DNA of 64,000 bases from Octopus vulgaris (Eukaryota), in NCBI GenBank assembly GCA_951406725.2, contig OX597814.1, positions 96,906,001 to 96,970,000 of the forward strand, written 5' to 3'. This document shows positions 28,044 to 39,800 of this stretch, piece after piece. How positions within the stretch are numbered: the first letter of the stretch is position 1; each line of letters opens with the position of its first letter. The translations under genes and the position numbers were made by a program. The notes under the pieces were generated by a model that worked only from the letters and a program-made list of their open reading frames with translations, was not told where the DNA came from and searched no databases.

Positions 28044-31000
28044 CATATATACGACAGACTTCTTTCAGTTTCCATCTACCAAATCCACTCACAAGGCTTT
28101 AGTCAGCCCAAGGCTATAGTAGAAGACACTTGCCCAAGGTGCCACACAGTGGGACTGAACCTGGAACCATGTGATTGGTAAGCAAGCTACTTACCACACA
28201 GCCACTCCTACACCTATAGTTAATTTTTTGTAATTCTTCTTGTAAGAGAATTTAGTTCAGTGGTAGAATGCTCACCTGCTACAAGGGCAGCCAAGGTTCA
28301 ATTCCCAGCCAATGCAAAATTATTTATTTATAGGCACAGTGGTAAGAAGTTTGCTTCTCAACCACGTGGTTCCAGGTTTTGTCCTACTGTTTGGCATCTT
28401 GAGCAAGTATCTTTTGCGATAGCCCCAGGCTGACCTAAGCCTTGTTAGTGGATTTGATAAACAGAAACTGAAAGAAGCCTGTAGTGTGTGCACGTGCTTG
28501 TATTTGTGTCTCTGTGTTTGTTCAACCACCACTTAGCACCTAGTGTTAGTTTGTTTACACTTCTGTGAATTAGTGGTTTGGCAAAGAAGACTGATAGAAT
28601 AAGTATTAGGCGTAAAAATAAGTACTAGTATCAATTTGTTTGACCAAACCCTTCAAGACAGTACTCTAGCATGACCACAGCCCAAAGACCTAAACAAGTA
28701 AATGATAAAAGATAAAAGATTACTGAAAGTTAAAGAAAGCTATATAATAACAGAATCATCTTAATAATAATAATAGAAAAAAAAAGAAACATTTCTAACT
28801 TGTTTAAATGGAATTAAACAGCTTTCTCATGTTTTGTAAAGTTTTAAAAAAATGTATTAGGTCCTGATTCTTTATAAGAAAACACAGCACATTTATCTTT
28901 CTAACTTTTTTATCATTTTTATATTATTTATTTATTACATATCAACTCATCTACCTGGTATTAGGGGATATTACTTTTGGCCATTACAGACTGAACGTAC
29001 AATATTTCTTTTGATTATCAGTTCGTAATGGATTCTAATGAATATCTAATATTTTATACATAAAATACGTGGCTTCTCAGTAGTTTAAATATGGAACTCT
29101 AGCAAAACAGACTTTTTTCTTTTTTTTTTTTTTGACATTTTAAAAATGTCTCTATAAAACTGTACTAATCAACATAATCAAATGGGTCATATTTTTGTTT
29201 CAGAAACTCAGCAACTTTTATCATTTAAAGTGGTATTTTGAATTAAAGCAATGCTGAAACAGTGTTTTATTTCTTTCTCTCATTTTACTAGCTATTAGCA
29301 TCAGATCCACATGATAGCACAACTTATTAAATGTTGTAGTTTAATTTTCCTCTAGGAACTACATACATTACATTAAAATTGGAAGTTAACGTATTTTAGT
29401 ACTGAAGTCTTACAACAACATCCTATGATATAATCAAGATAACTTTTGCTAGAAAAGATTTCGTCTAAATGTTGTTACCATATCATGGGTCTGCTCAGAT
29501 AAAGCTGAGGTTAGCCAACAACTACAAGAATAAACTGGTCTCTTCACTCAACTAAATATATTCTTCAAAAGCATTTGTTCACAAAATTTCCAAATAGGGT
29601 TGCAATTTAATTCTGCTTGCTCCAGACTTGTATATAAAGAAAATTGTGTACTATCAACTAAGAAATCATTTTTTTTTATTGAAATTTACCTTAGCAAATG
29701 ACTAAGGTAAATTAGATTAATCACATTTAGCAAGCAGAATGTTTAAAACAAAACTGAAATATATCTTTTACTAAGATTATTAATCTAATACACCATAAAC
29801 ATAAAGCCTGGTAAGAAGCTTTATTGCATCAAGTTCAGAACCTCATGGATTGATTCAATAAGAACCAGTAATATAATAGATGTTATTCAAGAGATTTATT
29901 ATGGTGTTAATGAGCTTACAAGTCTTTGTAGTCTGAGAGTTGTTGTCAGTTGACCAGATGGGTCTTCAACAGCTGAAACTGCTTGAGGTTGTTTCTCAAA
30001 CTTAACATGTTGTAAAGGAGCTCTGCCAATATATTTTTCCTGACATGGCTGTGTAGTTAAGCAGTTTACTTTCCATCCACCTGAGTTCAATCCCACAGTA
30101 CAGCAATTTGGACAAGAGTCTCCGACTATACCTCTAGGCCAATCAAAGCTTTGTAAGATTTCATTGCTGAAAACTGAAAGAAGCCCATTGTATATGTGTG
30201 TGTGTTTACAGTTGAACTTTACATAAATCTGAGCAGTAACGTTGTCATTACTTGTCAACAAACTGTCCATTCACTTTACACTTTCAAGGACATGTGAAAT
30301 AAGAAATCCCTTACGTGAAAAACAGGTAAACATTAATAACAAGAAGGGCATCTCATTGTAAAACAATGCCTCATTGATATATTTGTCTATCCCATGCTAG
30401 CATGGAAAATAGATGTAAAACAAATTAAATTGTATATGGGTTCATTAGACCAAAAGTCAAAACAATTTGTTGATACAGTGACCAAATTTGAATCTGTAAA
30501 TTCAGTTTATTACATTTATTCTGTATTTGTAATATTTCATAGGTTTCTTCCGACGAAGTATTACTAGGAATGCAGTGTACACATGTAAATATGGTGGCAA
30601 TTGTGAAATAGATATGTGGATGAGACGGAAATGTCCAGCCTGTAGACTTTTACGATGTCGAGAAGTTGGAATGAAACAAGAATGTAAGTAAATGCTGCAT
30701 TAAAATTACATATATTTTTCTTTTGAAATACAAATATTTGTGATAATTGAATAACACTTATTTTTGTCTCTATCTTTTATCAAACTTTGCAGTTATATAT
30801 TTTCCAATTGAAAATATACATAACTTGTTTTTAATAAGAAATGTCATTGTATGTAGAGGAAAGTATTTTATCCAAAATGGTATTTATATTATTTTAGTTT
30901 TAAAGAGGGTGGCATTATTAGATTAACCATTTATCTCTTAAACCAGCTGTAACAGACCCAAATATCTCACCTCTTTTATGGTCAAACCAGCCAGATCCAG

Positions 31001-32677
31001 CTTCTCGCACCTATCCTATAGTGTCATTCTAAAAATATATAAACATATAGGTGCAAGTATGGGTGTGATTAATCAATGTCTTTGGGTTGATTTCTACAAC
31101 TATAACCCAGCACTGCCACAGTCAAATGACTGAAACAAGTAAAAGAATAAAAGAATATCATCAGAATCTCAAAGCTACAAGATACCTTCAAAACCATCTG
31201 GCAGAGTAATCTGAATGCTAAATATTTAAATAGCCTATTTTTTAGTTCATGTTCCTATAATTTATTCTTCTGGTGTCAAATTTTCCTTTGATCTTGTCAT
31301 GGTTGATGTGACAAGTACCAACCATACACTAATTAAGTTCAGTCAAATTATTCTCTCTTGCAAGATGATTTGACCTGATGACTAATTTAGAAATCAATAT
31401 ATTATTCAAATTTCATGAATTAACACTTATAATCACTTCAAATTTCACCATTTATGATGATTAAGTATCTAACTGATCATGATAAATTAACATTATTTTT
31501 GCTTTGCTGAAAGAGCAATGAATAGACTATTTGCAATAGGATTGTGTGGCTGGATACTCCACCTGTTGCCAACCTGTACTTGAAAAACAACTGTGGGATT
31601 TATTATTCCAAAGATTTTTAAAAGCATATGCTACTATGGGAAAATGAATGTTAAATAAAAGAATGAATATGTATGTATAAAGAGAGGTAAAGAACCCCTT
31701 CAGTCATGAAGTTGTGCCGGTGACACGTGAACAAAACATTCAAACGAGGTCATTGCCAGTGCCGCTGGACTGACTCTTGTGCAGGTGACACATAAAAAAT
31801 ACCATTTTGAGCATGGCCGTTGCCAGTACCGCCAGACTGGCCCTCGTGCTGGTGGCATGTAAAAGCACCCACTACACTCTCGGAGTGGTTGGCATTAGGA
31901 AGGGCATCCAGCTGTAGAAACTTTGTCAGATCAGATTGGAGACTGGCACAGCCATCTGGTTCGCCAGCCCTCAGTCAAATTGTCCAACCCATGCTAGCAT
32001 GGAAAGCAGACATTAAAGGATGATGATGATGATGATGATGATACACACACACATTACTTATTTCTGAAAAAAAATGTTATGAATTATTTTTTTCTCTCTA
32101 TTCCAGGTTTATTATCCCATGACCAATGCAAGGCTCGTGATATAAGGCGGAAAGCTAAACAAAAACTGCACAAAAAAGATGTGCCAACTCAGAATGAAGA
32201 GAAAGTGTTAAATCCTGAAGTCCCTAAATCCCCTCCGGATGATGCTGACCATTACTTTCATCGTCCATCAATTAATATCAAATGTCCGAACCCTTTGGAA
32301 AAGTTATCTGAAGATAAACAAATTCTGATAAACCAATTAGTTTATTATCAGGAAAAATATGAATACCCTCAGGAGAAATGTATTAACAGCATCGATGAGG
32401 TGAGAAGAGAACTTTGGTAACTTTATTCTTTTATTTTTTGACTGGATTCAGTCTTTAGCCTGTGGCTATGCTGAAGCACCAGCATCAAGGAATGATTCAT
32501 TCATATCACCCATTTGTCCTTTATGTCTGTCTGGCATATATTTTATCAATCTCTTTTTCTTGAACCACAAGTTGCAAGACTTAAAGAGACACATCATAAA
32601 CATCACTGGTTTTAAAACCAATGTAGACATGCATACACACAGACACACAACCAAACACACAGGCATGCACACACACA

Positions 32678-32762
<85 letters not shown>

Positions 32763-35582
32763 TGGCTTTATGCACAGTCTTCTACCAAATTTCACTCACA
32801 AGGTATTAGTTTACCTGTGATTACAGTTGCCCAAACTTCTGCAAAGTGGAATTGAACCTAAAACCACATGGTCACAGAGCAAATTTCTTTACCACACATC
32901 TATGCTAGCATTATCACATTAGCCCTTTAGTATTCAGATTTCTCTGTCAAATGTAATGCTTTTTATTCACATTGTTTTGAATTAATCATGCATTACCTTG
33001 TAGCTTTGAGATTTCAATGACATGATTGTTTATTTCTTGAATAATATTTTAGGATAAGTGTGAGAGGCTGAATCTGGCCAGTTTGAAAATGAAACAGCTA
33101 GAATATTTTGGTCAGATATGACCGGTTTAAATGCCAATATTATAATCATAATATCATAATCAGCTTCCATCAGGCCAGTCACAGGTTTACTGTTCTTCTG
33201 ATGATGAGAATAGCAAGGTATTGCCTCACTTTGTGGAACAAATACCAACAACAGTATTTTTAATTAAAATCTTTGATTTCTTTTCCCTTGCCATGTAGTG
33301 TAATCAAACCCGGAACCCCATGGTTATGAACCAAACTTCTTAACTGCACAGAGATACCTGTATCCTAACATGCCAACAGTTGTCAAATTATTTGTAAATT
33401 TTTACCATGCAGATAGATAATCCTTGAGCTAAAGATTTTGTGAAAATTATAATGCCTTTTGGTTGAGGAATTAACTGAATTTCATAAATACAACATTCTG
33501 GCTACTTCTGAAGAGTTAATATGTATAAATATTGATATCTGATTAACATAAAACTAGATAGGATTATAGAAAATATGTCAAGACAAGGATAGCTTTAACG
33601 ATTAATTAATATGGTTTCAGATTTTTGCAGATTAATACACTTAATACAGTCAACTATATAAATCAATAAATGTATTGTCTAATATAAGATATACATATAT
33701 TGGCAAAAATTTTATATTTTATAAAATTAATGTATGGTTTAAAGAATTCAATAAAACAAGTTAGTATATCAGGGTTCTATGCAAAATGTATTTTAATTAG
33801 ATTGATTTACAATTTTTTTGTAGATAAAATTAGAAATGCTTTGCCAAATTCATTAAAGAATTGAGTATGCTGGTGGGTGTTCACTATACCTTGAGCTCTT
33901 TTCTTGTCATTGTAACGATTAACCCAATTAGTTATTAGTTTAGGACTGTTTTTATACTGTGCCTTGTTTTGCAAGCAACAGGTCTACATAGTATCACAGC
34001 CTGCTAAATGCTGCTGTTCTTTTACAAAGTAACCTACTGAAGCCAATACAATACATATTTTAGTACATAAATCTTAAGACAACATTCTCAGAATGAAGGC
34101 AAAATGGTTACTGACAGAAACATTGATTTATTTAGATATTGCCACAAGGCCATTGGTTTACTCAGGTAAAGAAAACAACACCAATAAATTGATTTTTTTA
34201 AAAAAGTTTTTGATTCAACATCTGTAGTCCTTGTAGGTATTTGTTCACAAAATTTCTATATATGGTATCCTCATTGAGAAGAAAATATACTGAGGAGCAG
34301 TTTTCTTTGGAGAATTTGTTGAAGAGCTACAGAAAATGTATCAGATATTGAAGATACAAATGTTTAAATGTCAATGCAATAATGTCCAAAGTACTTGTTA
34401 GAACTAGAAAACAATAAAAACTATTTGGGAAAGTCCCTGTTGTGAATATATAGGCTGGAAGTTAGTAGAAACAAAATGAAGAGTAATCAGAGTACTCAGC
34501 ATTCTAACAGACTGATTGAGATTCAGAGTTTTAGGTATCTAAATGAGAGTATTGATTACAGAGTTACATGAATAATGATATTCAGCTATAGGAGCATCAA
34601 AAATATGATGTCAATGTGCTTTTGATATAGCTTACTAGACATTGTAAATTCTCTTCTTCTCAAGCCCTTCTCTCCCTATGGAGCACAGGCCTACAATGAA
34701 TTTTCTCCACTGTTCTTGACTCTGAGCTGTCTTTTCCTTTCTCAAATGTTAATGCTTTTGAATTGTCTTCAATGCTTCTGTAACTTTGCTTTTTCTAGGT
34801 AGGAGGTGTTCACACTACACAAACTCCTTCTTTATTTAAGCATAGCAATGGTCGATATTAACCTGGCCTCTATCCTTTGATCCTGTCCAGCGTGGGAGGC
34901 CCTACCAAGAGCTTGCACTCCACTGGCATAGTTCTCTGGGTCATTGATGCACACAAGTCACCACACCACAGCAAAGACTGGACCTTGTGGTGGAGACTGT
35001 AAAATAGTTTCCTATAATTTAGGTAACATAATTAGTGCTGGAATTTGTTCTAGGGAAAGTTTTGTTTTATTAAGTAAATGAAAGGCAGCAACCTGGCAGA
35101 ATCATTACCACACTGGACAAAATGCTTAGTGACATCTCTTCTAGCGTTATGTTCTGAGTTCAAATTCTGCTGAGATCAACTTTATCTTTCATCCTTTTGG
35201 GGTCAATAAAATAAGTAGCTGTTGAGTACTGGGGTTGATGTAATCAACTATCCCTGTCCCTCAAAATTTCTGGCTTTGTGCATAGGCACAAAGAAAAGAT
35301 TATTAAGTAAATGAAATTAAGTAGAAAAGATTATTTAGTAAATGAAAGAGGGCACAGTATCCTTGTCCTTTGTAGGTTAGTGAGATTAATGCAATTAAAC
35401 AGATATCTGTCAATCACTTCACAAGAATGTGGCCGAGGTAAGAATTCTAGAGAGTTACAGTTGAGTGTAGTTTTCCCAATTGAGTTGTGGGGCAAACATC
35501 ATAATATATGACATCACAAACATTTTAAATCTTGCAGAGATTGCCCTTCTCAAGATTTAGCCATAGCAAATTTCAACCAGAA

Positions 35583-35634
<52 letters not shown>

Positions 35635-36784
35635 AGTATTGGAATGGTCCTTTTTTTTCAACCTCAAAATGATGAAAGACACAGCTGACTTTGACAGAAT
35701 TTTAACTCAGAGTGCATAAAGCTAGGATAAACAATATGAGATATTCTATTCAATGTTTTTAATGGTTTTCCCAATTCACAGCTTTCATGCAGATTAGTAG
35801 CTAGAGTAAGGAAGCAATTATTTCTGTTGGTAAATGAAATCAGAAGGATTCACAGAAGTTTGGCAAGAAACAAGTTGATGAAACCCATTGGGTGTGCAAC
35901 ATTAAACTGCATGAAAGATTTCTGCATGTCAGTTGATAAAGCAACTGAATATTAAAGTGTTAACCAAGTGTTTGTTGGAGTGGCAATTAAACTGATATTG
36001 ATATGTATGGCGAGGAGATAGGTTGTTCTCAATGAAAATTACAATGAACTGACAGGGCAAAACATAGAAAATAATAAGATTCAGGCTAACTGAGATGATG
36101 CAGATTTGTACAACTTACACAGTCATGTAAAATCAGATGTTACAGCTATGGTAATGTTGGTAATGGTGGTGGTGGGGATGAAGGAGGAGGAGGAGGAAGG
36201 GTGGTAGTAGTAGTAGCTGTGGTAGCAGCAGCAGCCACAGTTGTAGTAGTAGTAGTAATAATAGTCACTTACTTGATGTGATATTGATGTAGTTATTAGT
36301 TCAATAATTATTTTACATTTCTTTTTCCATATTAAATTACATTATGTTATTGGAGAATGTGAGAAGATCCAATTGCAAAAAGGCCTTTTTTTTCCCTCTG
36401 AATTTATTCTTGTAATTCATAAAAATGTATTACCATTTTAAATAAACACTGAGATGTATTGTAGATAGCTTATATTATTTTTGTAGGAAACAAACATCTT
36501 AAGCACAAAAACTAAAGGTGAACTCCATAATAACATGCTAAAACAGATGGCTTTAGTATGTGTTGCAATGACAAAACTGGTAGTTGAATTTGCTAAAAGA
36601 TTGCCTGGGTTTGATGAATTGCCCAAAGAAGATCAAATTGTTTTATTAAAGGTGAGATTATTGTTATTATCAATCTTGAGACCATTTTGATAACTTGTTT
36701 GTTTTGAAATACTGTTATAGTGTACATATTTTGCATTATGAATAACATCTAATTATGTTGGACTTAAATGAGGACCCATCACTG

Positions 36785-36818
<34 letters not shown>

Positions 36819-39800
36819 TTTTCTTCCGCAAAATGTTTTTTTCACACAATTGCTTGAAAGTGCTCAGGTAGGTCGAACCTGGGATACTAGTCATTATATA
36901 ACTTGGTTTAAGAAGAGAAAAAATTTAGATAATCATCCTATAGTTATGATTTACATCAACATCATAAATACACAATAGATACACCAAGACAACGAACATA
37001 TCAATATATTATTGTTATTTAGAATAGAAATAAGAAATACATGAGGTAAAAATATATGTGAAAAAGATGAATAAATAAAGAGTGATACATCGATTGAAAA
37101 TCATTAAATTTAAGATGAAAAATGTTGAATTGAGAATTAAAAGTTATAAAATACATCGACAGCAGTGAGAGATCTTAATGATGGATTTAACAGAGAAATA
37201 ATAAGGATAAATTTGTTTTAAGAGTTCTAAAGAAATGTTTATAGAGGGTTATAGCTCCATATAAGATATGACTGTAATCAGTTTTGATTAAATGAATTTC
37301 AGCAAAGACATAAAATACATGCACAGGTGTGTGCATGTGTATGTTGTATAAACATTGTATATTAACTATGTTATATAAACTATATAGTTTATATATAAAC
37401 TACTGTGTATCCTTGGAAAATCCATAGATGGTAAATATCTAACTTTATAATTACTTATTTGCAATAAACTGCCGTGAGATTAATTAAATAAAATTCATGT
37501 TCCTCTTTATCACTTAATAAATAATAGATATGCATACATATTTTCTGTATCACTAAATCTTCTAATAACATTGCCAGTTTTATCAAGATTAATGGTGACA
37601 TCTTCCAGAAACCTCCGACAAATATCTTTTTGGGGATATTTGTTGGAAGTTTCTCATTTCATGTTTAGTTAATCTGCTTTTAACTTCAGGGAGAGCTACA
37701 TGTTTTGAGTTCTGTCTGATAGATTGTTTTGATTTCAGGTTCATCATTAAAGTGTGCTTGAGTCTGAAAACCTATTCTTTCTTCATGTATAGTTTATTTT
37801 TACTGTCATGTGAATCTTAGTACAGATTTTGTGTGAGATGCAATGTATTCTTTGTAAAAAAATATATAAAATATATGCATGGGCAGTTAAGTTGAGTGGA
37901 AATTTCTTTATAGCATTCGGCTAACTAAATGATTTGTTAATGTTTCCATGAAATACAGATGTAGTGAAAGTATCATTAGCTCAGCTAACTAAACAACATG
38001 CCTGTATTTCCATGAATTTCAGACACTGTTAAAGTACCTTGGCAGCTAATTGCTTTTCATATGCATATCAGTATGTGTGTTGTGAGAGAGAGAGAGAGAC
38101 TTCTAATTATATTAGTAGATTGTATATATAAATAAACCAACAATAACTCCTCTGTACAGTTATTTGATCTGCCACTAATATTAGTCAAGTCTCCCTACTA
38201 TCTTCTTAAAAAGAGACATATTTGATAATGTGGTCTTAAATGCAAAATAACTGAAAAACAGAGGCAGCCTTGGTATGGACATTTGCCTTGTCGGAAACGA
38301 AAACTAAATTCATTCAAACACAGTCTACTACTGTCTTCTAAAAAAAATATACAAGACAGGTTGGTCATGGTCAGAACATATTTGATCATAAGTCTACACA
38401 CTCAGAGCTTATTGTAACAAGATTACATAGTCATTTTCTGGAATGTCCTTGATTATAAGACTGCTTCATCAGGTTTGACCTCAACAACAATGGCATCAAT
38501 AAATTCATAATGTTAAAAAATTTCAACAAATCTTTTTTTATCTTATTATTCTCATAGGAAGCATCCAATGAAGTTACGACATTAAGAGCCTCCAGGTGTT
38601 ATGATTATAAAACAAAGACGATAGTTTTTATGACTGGAATACCTGTTACTAAAGAAAATTTAAAAGCTCTTGGTATCAGCAATTATGCAGAAGTTGCATT
38701 TACTTTCTTCCAAAGTCTGGTAAACCTTTGTGTGGATAATGCTGAATATGCACTTCTCACAGCTATTTGCATTTTTTCAGGTGAGATATAATTCAACTAT
38801 TTTACATTTTTCCTGCATTACTGACTTTTCTAATAGCTTTCAAAACTTCAGAGTTGTACTTGTCCAAGTGAGCAAATACTACAAAATAAAAGCAAGTGGT
38901 TTTTACTAACTCAAGAATATTAAATATTGTCTAGAGAAAAACGAATAAAGTACATTGTCATGAATCCAGCATAAATCTAAACAAAATTAGTGTCATTTAT
39001 TTCAAACATAAAAACAATTAGAAAAACCATATAATTTACTTCATGACTGCAGATATGTTAAAAGGCTGAATTCTTGAAATATATAAATATCATCCAAAAA
39101 TGTGCAAGACATATTTTTTTGAATACTATAAATACATTCATTGTGAATTAAACTTTGAAAAGAAGCATAAATTTCATGAATACAAATATTTTCAGCCCTT
39201 TGTTTTTCCCCTCTATGTGCACACACACTTTTCAAAATAAATAAATAAATAAACTTATAATTTCCTAAAAGCATGGTAAATTCTTCCTGAAATCTGAAAA
39301 TATTTAAGAGTTGGTGCCTAACTCTGGTTTCATAGCAGGAAGTGAGTAAATGCCCCTTCATCTCACCCCTGCATCCTGGATGGCAATATCTATTCTATTG
39401 CCAACATTCAGACCAGTCTGAGTATAACTTTCCTTGCCATCTATCACAGAAAACCTGCAATGATCATGGGCATTTCCCATGTATACTTTACTCTTGAATC
39501 AGCATTTTTAACTATTTAATATTCAGATTACTCTGTTGAATCTATTTATTGGGTCATCCCATAAATAATGCAGTTTCTTTCAATTGCATGAACTAAAAGT
39601 TGGAAGGGGGCAGGATAAACTACCTGCATCAACTTGCTATAAAAGCAGGTAGCAATTTTACCTTGTTCTTATTCTTAGAGAAAGTTTTGAAGAGTTCAGT
39701 TCGATTTTAACAGTTTTTTTTCAAAGCCATAGTGGAAGTGATAAAGGAGTATATTTGGCATATTTTACTTTATGAGTTCAATAAAAATAGCACAATGGAA

